The notes below the pieces were generated by a model that made no database searches, had not been told where the DNA came from, and was given only the letters and a program-made list of their open reading frames with translations. 64,000 nucleotides of DNA, from assembly GCA_001599295.1 (NCBI GenBank), contig BCGN01000003.1, positions 1,302,001 through 1,366,000 on the forward strand. Reading direction: 5' to 3'. Of this stretch, positions 23,474-38,200 are shown piece after piece; the stretch's first letter is position 1; each line of letters opens with the position of its first letter. The translations under genes and the position numbers were made by a program. This DNA comes from Sporopachydermia quercuum. Lineage: Eukaryota.

Positions 23474-25387
23474 CTATTTCTGTTTCAAAACCCTTTTGGG
23501 ATCTACACCTTTCCTCCTAAGTTTCTTTGTTAGATTCTTCGTGATAATCTCACTATCTTCGTCTTCATTAAAGTCAGCGAAATCACCATTGATCAGACTT
23601 TCTTCTTCATTTCTTGCTAATCCTTCCTTTTCTTTGGCTCCAGCCTTAGAATTGTCATGCGGACTTGATTCAATCTTCTTGAATTTAGCGACGTAGAAAC
23701 CATCGACATTATATGTATGAGGATAATAACGTCTCGTTAATTTTAATGATGGATGAAAATGTTTACCTCGAAAGCTAGTGAAACCTTCTTTACCAATTTC
23801 TAAACCAGTGTCTACCAACTTAACATTAGGTCTTTTCCTTAAAGCATAATCAACAACAGCTTCATCTTCATCTACAGTCACTGAACATGTGGAGTACACG
23901 ATATAACCACCAGTAGGAGAATCGGCATCAACTGAGTCAATCGCAGATAACAGCAGTTGCTTTTGAAGATGGGGCAATTGAATGAAATCCTTTTCAGTTC
24001 TTGACACTTTAACACTCTCATCCTTTGAAATAACACCAGTACCTGAACAAGGAGCATCTAATAATACCCTATCAAATCCACCAATAACTTTAGGAAACTC
24101 TCTTGCATCATAATTACATACAATAGTATTATTACAACCCAATCGATGAATATTAGCAATAAGGGACTTGGTACGAGCTTTGTTAGCATCATTAGCGAAT
24201 ACACAACCAGTATTTTTCATTAATGCTGACAAATAAGTAGTCTTACCACCGGGAGCAGCAGCCATATCTAACACTCTTTCATTTTCTTGTGGAGCTAAAG
24301 CCATAACAGGAAGAAAAGATGATGCAGCCTGTAAAATATAATAACCAGCAAGATATTCTGGAGTAGCACCAATTGGAACTTGAGAATCAAACACTTGTAA
24401 ACCGACTTTAGTCCATGGACCAATTGGTTGTAAATTAACACCTCTATTAATTAACATTTGTGCTAAGTCACGTCTTCTAGTCTTTAATGTATTTGCTCTT
24501 ATCGTAACAGGACGAGCGATCTCGTTTGCTTCAAAGAATTCAATTGCTTCTGAAGGTGAGAACAATTCGAATAACTTTTGAGCTAAGAATGGTGTATATC
24601 CAAAGTATTTACAAATATCTCTAATCAGTTGCTCAGTATACTCTGTTCTACTTCTGCCTTCTTCTGCTAAGCTCTTGAAATCTTCTAGAACACGAACAAT
24701 TTCAAGCATTCGGGTTCTAATCATCGTAACATCTTCATTTTCTTCTGCATCATCAGCATTCTCCGGTAAAATAACAGCTCGTGGTTCTTGTTGATTGAGT
24801 AATTCTTCTTCAGCTTCTTCTTCCATTTCTTGTTGTGCCAGATCCAGTTTTCTCGACAACGCTTCCATATTAGCTGCATTTAACATATCTTCATCTTCGT
24901 CGTCATCACTGAACATTGGTTTCTCTTGATCATCGTCAGAATCATAGAAATCTTTGTTATCCTCATCATCGTCATCATCATCACTACCAATACCTGATAA
25001 ATCCAATTCATCATCTTCTAAATCCTCCAGACCCTCAACCTCATCGTCGTTATCACTATCATCAAACAGGCTTAATTTCTCCTTTTCTAAATGTTTCAAG
25101 TCCTCTTCATCTAAATCCTCAGCTGGATAGGAAACATTATCTTCCAGCTCCTCCTCTTCAACATTTCTTTGTTTCTTGGACTTCTTAAGTTTGGTAGAAC
25201 CTGATTCTGATGTTTTAACCTTTTTCGCTTTAGTGCTGCGTTCTGATTTACCATTGGACTCTAATTTCGACGAAACTTTCCTCTTCTTTGATTCTTTATC
25301 ATTGCTATCTCTCTTTCCTTTGTAGATTTTATTGAATTCATCTAAACTAGGAGGAACTCCTTGTTTACCTTTAGCTTTACGACCCAT
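23474..25387 (-). CDS. NOP2: 25S rRNA m5C methyltransferase Nop2
   Basis: LDMAAAPGGKT, LLDAPCSGTG and VYSTCS motifs, with an acidic N-terminus. Confidence 0.97.
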   Translation of the reverse strand: MGRKAKGKQGVPPSLDEFNKIYKGKRDSNDKESKKRKVSSKLESNGKSERSTKAKKVKTSESGSTKLKKSKKQRNVEEEELEDNVSYPAEDLDEEDLKHLEKEKLSLFDDSDNDDEVEGLEDLEDDELDLSGIGSDDDDDDEDNKDFYDSDDDQEKPMFSDDDEDEDMLNAANMEALSRKLDLAQQEMEEEAEEELLNQQEPRAVILPENADDAEENEDVTMIRTRMLEIVRVLEDFKSLAEEGRSRTEYTEQLIRDICKYFGYTPFLAQKLFELFSPSEAIEFFEANEIARPVTIRANTLKTRRRDLAQMLINRGVNLQPIGPWTKVGLQVFDSQVPIGATPEYLAGYYILQAASSFLPVMALAPQENERVLDMAAAPGGKTTYLSALMKNTGCVFANDANKARTKSLIANIHRLGCNNTIVCNYDAREFPKVIGGFDRVLLDAPCSGTGVISKDESVKVSRTEKDFIQLPHLQKQLLLSAIDSVDADSPTGGYIVYSTCSVTVDEDEAVVDYALRKRPNVKLVDTGLEIGKEGFTSFRGKHFHPSLKLTRRYYPHTYNVDGFYVAKFKKIESSPHDNSKAGAKEKEGLARNEEESLINGDFADFNEDEDSEIITKNLTKKLRRKGVDPKRVLKQK

Positions 25388-25519
25388 AATGAATACAAAA
25401 CCTCAACTTCCTAACTAATCTATACTTTGATGCACATTTGCTAGAAGTATTCTTTAACTAAGAGTTCAACTAATAGTATTGATAGTGTCTACAAAGTACA
25501 GATACACTCGCCATATAAC

Positions 25520-25641
25520 AAAAATTTTCCTTATAAAACAAAATTTTCATTTTATTAATTTTTCACTTGAAGCGATCAATTGAGAGGAGTCATGAAGTAT
25601 TTAAGGGGTGCACTCTCAAGATGAAAATAAATTGTTACCCG
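25520..25641. promoter_or_regulatory. RRPE-like motifs and a Reb1-type site in the NOP2 promoter
   Basis: AAAATTTTC/AATTTTTCA at about 25520, 25540 and 25557, and TTACCCG at about 25634. This is typical of Ribi promoters. Confidence 0.55.
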
Positions 25642-25918
25642 GAGTTTGTGTGGGACGATTTAAGGTTTAGATAATCATTAAATGATAGGAGTTAATGAGA
25701 AGGCTGAGAAATCGAGAAGAGGATGAGGCGAGTTGTACATATGCTTTTATAACATATAGATTGGTAGAGATAGATCTCATACTATTAATATATCCATTAT
25801 TAGTATCTTACTGGAAATTATTACTGTTCAATTGATTACGAAGATGAATATCTGATCAACTGGAGAGCAGGTGGAGGTGTATTCAATTTAGATTTATTAT
25901 TCTGTCATTGCATTCTCT

Positions 25919-27248
25919 TCATCTTCTTTTACGGAATCCACCAGGCTTTGTAACTTTATTACTTTTTTTCGTTTCAGCAGCTTTTTTCTTTTGCTTTGCT
26001 AATTGTTCAGCAGTCTTAGGAACTACTTTGAAAAAGCCATCAAGACGACCTTGAGGAGCGGTTTTGAGGCTTTTCTGTAACCTTGTTATACCAGAACGAA
26101 TTCTATCTTCTGAAAAACCTTTCTCCTTGACCAAATAATTAATCAGTCCATCAACATCAGGCTCAGTCCATTTCAATTCTATCGTTTCTGGATCTAGAAC
26201 ATCAGGATTCTTGAATAGCTCTCTTGCTTGCGCGTAGGGCCAATCTTCAGGAATTTTGTATTTTGACTTTGGTTCACTTTCAATCATCTCTACGATTTTT
26301 TCAATTGACTTGTGTTCTTTGATCAGTTTATAAGCGGTGGCAGGACCAACGCCTCTTATTGTTTCACAGTAATCACATCCTAAGAGGATACATAAATCAA
26401 TAAACTCGTCATAAGTCAATTCAAGTCCTTGAATAACCTTCTCATAAGATATCTCATCTACAGGCATCTTTCTTTGTTCTGAGAACGTCAAATGTCTCAA
26501 CAGATATGGTGGTTTATAACAAAGTGTATCCATATCCTCTGAAGCAGCAGCATATACTTTTCCAGCTTTAGCTAAAACAGCTGCTTGAGCTTCAGCTTCG
26601 CATGGTGCTTCAACGTAAGGTATACCCATTAATTTAAGTAGTTTCTTAGCCTCCTCATTTTGTTCCTTAGTTACTTTCACTTTCCTTTTCTCTAGTTTAG
26701 TAATCTCCTCCACTGTGCCTGTTTCCTGAATTTCCTCTGCCTTTTTAGTAGCTTCCTCTCTTCTCTCTAATCTTTTAGCTAGTTCACCTGATTTCATTAC
26801 CGGTGGTTTACCGTCAAATATATAACATGGCTTTATACCATTGTCAATCATTCTCAGTGTTCTATAAAACATTCCCATCAAATGTGATGTAGTCTCTCCA
26901 GCGTCATTTAACAATTGTTGACCATCCTGTTGTCTGACTGCAATCAGAAATTGATACAATGCCATAGATCTATTATAAAATACTAGTTAGTATTTAATTT
27001 TTCATATGATACTAAAACATGGGTATACATTCTATCGTAAGGTACTTACGCATCCTATCAATCGTTAGTATTTCTTCTATTAATAATCAAAATATCTCTT
27101 GTTCTCTCTAACAAACAAAGAAAATATACGAGAATAAAATATATCTTACAATTGCAACCTTTCTACCAAAAAAGGTCTTGATCTCAGAGGCTTTGATAGC
27201 ATAACCTGCATAATCAGCTATAAGCTGATTCAACCCTTTAATACCCAT
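25919..27248 (-). CDS. RAD27: Flap endonuclease 1; exons 27150..27248, 27050..27054 (5-nt microexon), 25919..26969
   Basis: Spliced MGIKGL...[17 protein letters not shown], plus EAEAQ, SEDMD, LLGCDY and the PIP box QGRLDGFF. Confidence 0.97.
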
Positions 27249-27439
27249 CTTGATGACACTAAGCACTGTACTATGTTGGTTCTATTCGTTATACCTGTAG
27301 ATTTACACCTTCTCAATAATTAAATACAAATACTGAGCGTTATTTAACTTTAATGGTTTAGTTTATAATATATAATATAATAACTATCTTTACCTGAATA
27401 AAAGAGAAGAATGATTCTCAATATGTATGTATATCTTTT

Positions 27440-27471
27440 GCGCGTTTCTTGAACTATAAATCAGAACGCGT
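27440..27471. promoter_or_regulatory. MCB-like elements upstream of RAD27
   Basis: GCGCGT at 27440 and ACGCGT at 27466, about 200 bp upstream of the ATG. Confidence 0.65.
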
Positions 27472-29209
27472 TTCATCTCCCCAGACTCGAGCTAAAAAGC
27501 GGTAGATTCACCTTTAATCAAACAATTAAAGTGTATCAAATTCAAACAAATGATTTAAAAGACTATTACTAAACAAACTCTCAAATCTTGAGAATCAGTG
27601 GCCTATTTGAAATAATGTCAAAAGGAATTACGATACACCTTACTGTAAATCAATGTCCACCTGATGGGAACATTTGAACTATCTACATGATTTGCAGAAG
27701 TCACGTACATTAACTAATAGTATAATACAATACAATGAAAACAATACATTTACTCTAAAAAAATTGTCACGAAAGTTTCTTTCCCATATTCACTTTCCCT
27801 TTGTGAGAACATTATTCAAGAGAATAACAAGAAAAATGGAAAATATGTACTCCGTATTCAATCTAGGACAACTGTATCAGTGAAGGACCCATAATAGAAA
27901 AGATAACTATAACAAATCAGAAATTGACTGAGACAATTAACAATCTACGGGAAACCCGGGCAATTCACTTTCTTTGTCATCCAGCTATTAACTCCATTAA
28001 ATAGTATTCTTATCTTTTATAAATCTTCCAGTAATAAACACATTTCGATACCTATCAAAAATCTTCACTAATGCTTGATGATTGGATTGGATCAAACGGG
28101 AAGTGTGTAATGTGTGCCGTGAAACTCACTGTGCATATTACTAGAAACAAGATACGAGATACCAACGATATCAATAGCCACATAAAACTCGTTTTCGACT
28201 TAACTTTTCAATCAATAAGTCACAACATCTCTCTATTGGGAGAGAGAGGATTACTCAAACGCTGCAACTTCTATAGTGAAGAAGAATTTATTATTTGCCG
28301 TATAAACTAGTAGCTCAACTACATAAAGAATTTGCCATTTTTTCCTTTTTCTCTTTTTGGCGAAAAGACGGGAGTGGTATTTTAGATAACATAATCATTT
28401 ATTTTTATTTTATGCAAGATCTCATCGAACATTCTAGTAAACTCGGCACTATAAATGAAATTTTGTACGTAAGCAATTGGTGATACCGGGGATATGTAGG
28501 AGGTAAGATGTGATAAACACAAAGAATAACAGCCTTTAACAAAATCATGAAATACCTGAGAAACGTGAAACCATATATAAGAAGAACATCTGAATAAATA
28601 AAATATAAAGTGGCTCATAAATATACTATTCAAGCGATAATAATAGTATAGCTAATAATCATCTTGTGACAAATTATTGGTACGGCCAGTATCCTTATGC
28701 GTCTAATTGGGGAAGTCTCAAGACAACGGTTTGATAAATGTTTCCTGCCAAGGCAATATCTTAGTACTAATCAATGTAATGAATTTCGGGTCATAAAATG
28801 CTTCTTCGATATTCTTTGTTGATAACAATGAATATATGATAAAAAAACAGAAAAGAAAACCAAAAATCTCTTATGGAGAAATTATATTTACTACTCTTCA
28901 CCATTGCTTTATTCTGAGTTCTATTTTAATCAAGAAAAGAAATAAAATTGCTTTAACGCCATAACGATTATACGATTCTTTTCTAATACACAAATCATCC
29001 ATCTATTGCAAAGATTTGATAAGAGCACACTACAATAAAGGCAAATGTGTATATAGTGCAGACTTACGATAGATTCAATTTTCGAGTGCAGGGTTAATAG
29101 GAGATTGAAACTAATCAAGAATACCTGCGATAATATCTTTTGCAAAAGAAGCTTTACTATTAGATCAGCTTTACAGAAGAGTTAAAATAACCCAAGTCGT
29201 CAACTAGAC

Positions 29210-30118
29210 ATGTCTATGTTTGGAGTATTATGTTCAGGTCGGCCTGGTATGTCTGATTGGTAATCTAATTCCATTTATAAGAATCATTGAACTTCGGTTT
29301 CTAACATTTTCTATAGTGATAACCGACCTAGAACAAGTTGACGTTAATAAATATATAGTTAGCATACCAGATGCATCCAATATCCATCATGTAGGAGTAT
29401 TTCTACTTCCTGGAGGTATGTTTGGTTGGAATCAATTGTGTAGAAAAGATTATTATCGTCTAATGATCTTAGAACGTACGACTTTTACTAACGAGCTATT
29501 AGTTAACTTAGAACCAGCATATGTTGCCTCAGTATATTTTCAATTGCCCGGGAAAGACTTTCAGCTACTTGGAGTGTATGCCGTCTGATTTGCAGTATGA
29601 TTATCGACGTTATCTTTTAACTCAGATACAATTATTGTCGTGTACATCAGTTTGAATCAAATCTAACATTTATAACTAGGATATCGAGTTCCAAACCATC
29701 CGCATTATTCAAAATATCTAGCGGTAACCAAAATGGTAAACCAATTGGCACGGGGACAGGCATGGTAAATGGATTTTCATACAGTAACGACTTCAGTATT
29801 GGTAATAGCAATGGCAATGGTAACAATAGCAGTTTCCCTGTGATAATAGGAATTTCTATTGAATCTGCAGATCAAGCACAACAAACACTAGAAGCAGAGA
29901 AACAAAGGCCAAATGGATTTAGTGTAGGCGAAATAGCTAAATCTAATCCTCAAGGAACTGCTGAACTAGCAAACAAAATCATTCAACATGCATATAATTA
30001 CTTGAGTGGATTCGAAGATATGAGCGGGAAAGTTTCTTTGAAACATTTTAATGATTGGTGGGATAAATTTAAGAATAGATTGAGCGTAGATCCTAAATTT
30101 CTTGATAGGGTAAATTAG
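29210..30118 (+). CDS. OPI10: Hikeshi/Opi10 family protein; exons 29210..29246, 29317..29415, 29503..29575, 29680..30118
   Basis: MFGVLCSGRP, HVGVFLLP, FQLLG|VISSSKPSALFK, IGISIE, AYNYLSGF and WWDKF...DPKFL motifs. Intron phases are consistent. Confidence 0.92.
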
Positions 30119-30476
30119 ATTTAGGATGATTTAACAGAAGAAATTTAAATAACGGAAAAGAGAAGATGATCACTTTTGTAAACCACACAGAATAGCAACA
30201 ACAAAAGACAAAGGAAGAAAGATAAGTAGTGTGAAAGACAACGAGAATAGGTATACGAGTAAAGCTTGATTTGTAATAATAATGGTTAATAATGAGAAGT
30301 AATGTATTTTGAGATAATTGTAGTCTAAAATGCTATTTCACTTGCATGCTTTTAAATGCTTTTGAATGTATATACAATAAATGATTAATCTCCCATAACC
30401 TCCTATCATCGTCAATAATGAAAACAGTGTCATCATGCTCTATATCTATATATAGGCTAACCTTCAAAANGTAAAA

Positions 30477-31721
30477 TTAAAGATCATCGGCAAATGCTTT
30501 CCTGGAAGCTAAAGGATTTCCAAAGACTAAATGTCTTGCTTCTTTAATAATAGTCTTGAATTCTAAATCATCTTCATCAACATTTCTTTTCCTTTTATCT
30601 TGTTGTATCGACTCTGATATCTCTGCTAGTCGAGAGACAAATGAATCGTCAACAGGAATGACTCTGTTGTATTTTTCCTTAATCATTTTCAGAAGTTCAA
30701 ACATTCCTTTGCGCAAATTTAAGTTTTGCGGAGTATCCTTATTAAGACCAGTGCAATCAACGAATTCTTTCTGTAAAAGGACGAACCACTCTTTGGCGGA
30801 CAATATTTCGGAGTCCTCATTAGACAAACCTCGTTTCTCCAATTCCTCATTCTCCTTGTCCACTAGAACAGTTTCATCACTTTTATATCTATCTAGAAGA
30901 AAGTTGAGGACTTTAGTTTTGGTCCGTTCATCACCAGTTCTGAAAACGCTTTTCAGTATTCCACCTCCATTGTTCAGCTTGAACTCTCTTAAAGCTGACA
31001 AATCTGCATCTGGTGTTGCAGCAGATAAAGCATACAGATATCTAGGAGTCAGCTCATTTTCGCTATTCTTCAACAGCTTAAGCAGAACACCAATAGTTTG
31101 AAGCTGTTTAGAATTCTCATAAGCATTCGGATTATTTCGCAAACTAGCACCTAGTACTCGTAAAACTTGTTCTTTGATGGAATTGTCAACATCAGATCTT
31201 AATATCTTGAAAAAGCAAGTCAGATTGTCATCACGAGTTATTAGATCCCCATACTTTAGATCATGGGATAGATGAATTAAAGTCTCAAGACTCTCATTTA
31301 TCAGCTTTTTATCAACTGATTTTCCCTCGCTCAAGATTTTTATGCCATTCAAAGCTTCATTTATTGACCCTACATCACCTTGACTATTAGGAAAAATCCT
31401 CATATCATCAGATCCCGAATCAGATTTAAAAGAGACTGGCTCCAGAGCAGCTCTGTTTGGTTCATTAACTGTTTGAACCAATTCACGAGACTCGTCGTTT
31501 TGATCCTCAAAGTCCATAAGTTTAGCCTCTTGTAGACCAGTCTCAAGATTCATTCTAACGTGAAGCCCTGGTGGGATCTGTTGATCTGCTTTTATCACTT
31601 GCCAATTATCTGATGCTTCAAACAACTTTGGATAGCATTCGCCTCCACGACAAATAGTTGATTGTCCAACCACTAAGCCAAGAGAAAATCCTAAACAGAT
31701 CAGCAAGTTTGATACCTTCAT
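30477..31721 (-). CDS. SIL1: ER Hsp70 nucleotide-exchange factor Sil1
   Basis: Signal peptide, CYPKLF...WQ...QIPPGLHVRMNLETG, LSHD...G, LRNNP, and a C-terminal GNPLASRK...ADDL. Confidence 0.92.
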   Translation of the reverse strand: MKVSNLLICLGFSLGLVVGQSTICRGGECYPKLFEASDNWQVIKADQQIPPGLHVRMNLETGLQEAKLMDFEDQNDESRELVQTVNEPNRAALEPVSFKSDSGSDDMRIFPNSQGDVGSINEALNGIKILSEGKSVDKKLINESLETLIHLSHDLKYGDLITRDDNLTCFFKILRSDVDNSIKEQVLRVLGASLRNNPNAYENSKQLQTIGVLLKLLKNSENELTPRYLYALSAATPDADLSALREFKLNNGGGILKSVFRTGDERTKTKVLNFLLDRYKSDETVLVDKENEELEKRGLSNEDSEILSAKEWFVLLQKEFVDCTGLNKDTPQNLNLRKGMFELLKMIKEKYNRVIPVDDSFVSRLAEISESIQQDKRKRNVDEDDLEFKTIIKEARHLVFGNPLASRKAFADDL

Positions 31722-32274
31722 AATTATCTGTATTAATAGGTTTATAGAATGTTTTAATAATTAAAGACTTAGTATTAATAGTTGTGAACTTCTGAAGAAA
31801 AGAGAATAATAAGTGGAGAAAGGTAGAAATCTATGTGCCAGATAAGCATAGAGAAGAGATGGAAATGACATGTGAGACTTCTCTTAAATGATGACATAAT
31901 CGTAATGATATTGAGATGCGATGTGTGAATAAAGAAAGCATGAGAAGGAAGGAAGTACGGTATAAGTGGAAGTAAAAGAATTGAACCAGATAAAAAAATA
32001 ACATTTTATATACAAAAGAAAAAAAGTAGACGGTTGACAAGTTTGATTTCTCTGTTTACATATTGTATTATAGGAGTCTTGGAAATATGAGAGAGCAACT
32101 AAAAGCATAAATGATGCAAATACATGCGGTACCTGCATATATTTGCAGGATTTCGTAAACTTTATTTCTCAGGGAATATGGATAGTTATTCGATTTTAAG
32201 CCAATAATGAAAATTCTAGTATTATTTTTTTTTTTTCTTTCAAAATCCCCTTACAAATACTAACTACTAGGTCC

Positions 32275-33405
<1,131 letters not shown>

Positions 33406-35230
33406 TGTATAGATAATTAGTCAGGCGTTATACAAGTGGTAATGCAGCAAAAACTCTTGAACTCTCGACTTGTTTATTTGGTCTACTTAGTCTACTGCAA
33501 AATATAGCAGTTTATCTTGAATTTCACAGTAGCTCAAATTTACATTAAATATCACAGCCCCTATCTATTTTCCTATTATCAAAGAAGACATAACAATTCA
33601 TTTAGTTTCATAATAATAGCTCTCCGCCGTAAATAACATTGTCTTGAAAATAAAACATAGAATATGAATTTTCATTTGCACGTGCCAGGTATGTACGAAA
33701 CAAAGAATCAAGGGATACCTAAAATAAGACAGATATTTCTGGGTCATACCAATTTGCTGATTTTGCTTTGTGATTGTACTTATGGATGAAAGAAAGAAAA
33801 AAAGGAAGGATTATGTTAGTAGGCGGAACTGAAGGGAACCAGAACTCAGTCACAGATAGGTTAGAGCATTTTCTCATTTCTCTGACCTTTTTCAGTATTC
33901 AATTAAGAAGCGTCTATATCTTCACTCCTAGCTAATATTCATACAGAAACACTCAAGCGTCGAGACCTTTGAACTTCTGTTAAGAGTTCGAAACCGATTA
34001 TACAGAATTAGGTTGTAGAATTATATTATCACCAGTGACGAGCTTCTGCAACCCGCAGTAAACCCGCAGCAAGGCTACACCAACTATTTTTTTATTATTT
34101 AGCATTGTTTTTCATTCTTATTCACAACTATAAGCAGAACTACCTACAGTATTGTATACAAAACTAAACTATAGTTATCAGTTTTATTGCTATTTTTTAC
34201 CCCAATTCTTCTATCCACTACATTCCTCTACAACATAACACTTTCTCAACTTATATTAGTTTTCTTTGCGCTCTCGTTCCTATTCATTACCAACCGCTAA
34301 TATGCAACTTCATGCATAGACTCTACTAGCTCACTATCCAGCTAAACCTAAACCTCTTTGCTTCTGTCCGTTCCACAGGCGATGAATTCGGGACATTTTT
34401 TATTTTCTTTTTGTATGTTTGATCACTAAATTAATGTATTGTGGTATTCATCGTTCTTGTTAAATATAGAACAAAAGATCAATTCTCTGCTCCCGATATT
34501 CAAATATTGTTTATTCATTAGTTGTTGATGGCTGTTAGTTCTTGAAGCTATTATACATTGCTTTAGAATTAATAGATACTAATATTTGCGCGTGTGTATT
34601 AGTAGACATCCTGAGTTTGGTATCATAACATACTGGAGGTGAATCTTCTATTGCATTGCTTCTCGTTTTCATTGATCCCAGTAGTCAAGGTATTTATAGT
34701 AAAGCAGTATTCATGAAAATCAGAATATTATAAATGAACTGCTTGATGAAACCGTGATTCATCTGACTGTTCACCGAAGACAAAGGAAGTTTGTATTATG
34801 TATTAGGCATCAAAATAGTGTATGTTAAAACAACTGGCTTGAAAGTTTTGATTGTACATTAAAGGCACTCATTTTCATTCGGCCAATAGCATCAGGATAG
34901 CAACAGCTATTCGTGAGATACAAAAACATTATTAGCACTAGTGACGGATTAGTTTATAGCAGCACTTACGAATCTATCTCGGTGAGCAAAATTTGTGTAT
35001 TTATATGCATATTATGAACGCTTTGTGCGGACAGTCACACGTCTTAAACCATTATAACGCTAAGAATTAGCAGATCAAAAAGCATCAAGCATCAACAAGA
35101 TCTCGAATCAATAGCACAAATATTTGACCAATAAAGCAGTCACACAATTATTTTATGTGTTTGAAGTCACTTTTAATTGCATCCCTTCAACCAAAAGGGT
35201 TTTAAGCAACACCATAAAATCATCCTAACT

Positions 35231-38200
35231 ATGGTAACCTTGCCATCGAATAAAAATAGTTCACTGGCAGCGGCTCGCCATAGAGCGAGCAGTATAGGGA
35301 GAAACTACTCTCCAGCAAGGCCACGTACTGTTTCAATAGGCTCATCAGCTTCAATTAGTGCCGAAGGACCAAACGATCTCGATAATACTACCAGTGGAGG
35401 CAATAGCAGTAACATCAACAATAATAGCTGTAATAGCAATGGCAAGCACAATGCCACCTCTACACAACCATCACAAGGATTAAACAGCAATAATAGCAGC
35501 AATAGCAGTAACAATTCAAATACATCGAATGATGATCATTTGCTATTTCCTGATCCTTTACGTGATACTATTTGTTTATTCATTGTCCTGATCACCCTAC
35601 CAAAATGGCTTGCCATTCCAATATTTATTATTCGTCTGATAGTTGATGTTCATCCAGAATTTGAATTTGATAGACTGTTGCACGGTGCTATTCCTTTCAC
35701 TAGAGCAAAAATAATGAAGTATATTGTTTTTTACAACCATAGGTTTTTCTATACTCAGCCTGAAGAAAAGAATAATGATAACAGTATCAATAATCAGATA
35801 GAAACAACTACCGATAATCCTACATCAAAAACCGTTCATATAAACAAAAACCATAAGAAGTCCATTACTAAGATAATTGATTTGGACGATAGAATATACA
35901 ATCCATTCACAAATATTCACTTTTATGATTCAAAAACTGGCGTCATATACAATTTACCTGCTCAACAAGCTAACGAAGGTAAAAACTACTCGTACTATAC
36001 CGGAAAGCTATTAATCCCTACTACTATACAATGGCTTCTGAAAGAAACATCAACACACGCTTTAATAGCAGTATTAATCAGTTTATTTGCTCCACACTTC
36101 TGGCCTTATCTTATCGTATTTGCTAATTCCGTTGTATGTGGAACTTTAGCTGGCAGAAACAAATTCACTAGCAAAGGCCATAGCAACATATACGCATCAT
36201 CATTGTTTCATGCTTTACTAGTATCAGTTATTTATTTAACTGTTGCAGGTTTGGTATTAAAAACTTTNCCCCATAGTACTTTACTTCGGCCTATTAACGA
36301 ACAGAAAAACTTTCTATTGAAATTGTTATCTGGTGCATTCTCTCCAGCCATTGCAATATTTTCACAGGATAAAACAAACTTCAACCAAACCTCAGATTAT
36401 CTGTTGCGACAGCATTATCCCTTTCTTCAATTAACTCTTTTCTTTCATAATGAGTTCAACTTTCGAACGTTCATTGATCATGTCGTTCATTTATTTGCTG
36501 ATCTAACACATTATTACTCTTCAGGGCTATCATCTGTTAACTCTTTGATGTATGGAACAACAGTGGCAGGCCCTTTGCATGGGAGATTTTGGAGGCTCGC
36601 TTTAAGCGTTGATGGAATTTATGCTGTGGTGGTTTTCATGTTCGGCAAATTCTTGGATTTTGCCTATTATTTCCTGCTGATTCATTTCTTTATGCTGTGT
36701 TTTGACCCTTCTATTAATGTTTTAGGAAACTATCTACTGTACAGATTGCCTGTTCCTGAAAGGATTCGGCAGTATCTGAAAGCTCATCTATTGCATGATG
36801 TCCATGTCACTGATAGTATGGATGACCCTATTAATAACAATGGCATTTATGAAGTAAATACAGGGTACCGCTCTAATTCAATTGGATCAATAACTCCACC
36901 TTCAATCAGTATAAATGATTCAACTGTTAGAACAATCGCTCCCTCGACTACCTCTTCATCTGCTTATACAAGCAACAATTCTAACTTCAGTGGTGTTCTA
37001 GAAAAAGGATTCAAAGGCAAAAATAACCCGAAGGATTATGAATCGTTTGATCTGAGTTCTAACAATAACCAAGCAGCGTACCTATCGTCTGTTTCTAGAC
37101 TATCAGTATCATATTCCAGTAAAAACAGTAATGTCAACACTACCAATATGAGCAATAATGGCAATGTGAACACCAGTCTTGCAGTAATCAGTACGCCTTT
37201 CTTACCATCACAGATTGAACCCGGAGTATCAAAAATGGGTGAAATGATTCTGATTGATCAGACGGGTTTTTCAAGAAACTCAAGCGTCATTCATATGCCC
37301 GTTGTTCTCCAAGATGAACTTCCAAAAGTTAAATTACTTGCTACTGATGATTCTCGCCCCGAGAGTAACTATGCAGCTTATTATTCTGATTTGTCGTATA
37401 AGGTGACCAAAGTCAACAAGAACTCAAGAAGAACAGGACTGTTCCGACCTTTATTGAAAAAATTATGTCTGCTTTCTATCTCGTTGAAGGATTTCGAGTC
37501 AATTGATCCAAAACAGAACATTACTGCTTCAGATATACTATCAATGACTGATTCAATCACCGGGGCTACTAACTTTGAAAGATACTTATCAGGTAAAACA
37601 AATGAAAGGTGTCAAGTCACTGGGTTTGATTCTGCTGTCGTAGCAAATATCTATCAATGTGATGATGGCTTAAATATATATCCAGGGAATGTGATTTCGA
37701 ATAGTTTCATAGCAGTTGCATCTAGTGAAACTAAACTCGCTAGTTCTGGTTCTAGTGCCGATAGTAGCAACAGTGGTACTGCTTCAAACACAGAATATAA
37801 TGCAATATCCAAAGCAGAAGATGAACCAGTAGTGTTAGGATACAATTCTATTAAAAGGAAAATTCTTCCTTTATTACCATCTCATTGGACCAGCTGTGAA
37901 CTATTGGGTCCATTTTATTCAACTATTTCAACATCAGCGAAAAAAATGTCTCTTATAAGGTTGAACGCTCCTATCATGAGCTATTTAGGTGCACTCAAGC
38001 TACTCAATGGGAAATTCTGGGCTGGTGGAGATTCTCTTCTCAACAGCGCCATTACTAGAAGCAACACTTCTGATGAGCCATCTTATAACAGACCATCATC
38101 AGGTGATATCAACGACCCTATCAATAACCTACAAGCATGTCTCTCTCTTTCATATATTGATTATTCTGTTATTTGCATTGAAGCTGATATATGGATTTTT

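Noticed and set aside
30556..31101. Antisense ORFs in the track (also 1422..1697, 4857..5711, 42377..42811, 50594..51112, 54569..56242 and others)
   Set aside because: They are Ser/Leu-rich shadows on the opposite strand of well-supported genes, with no recognisable motifs.
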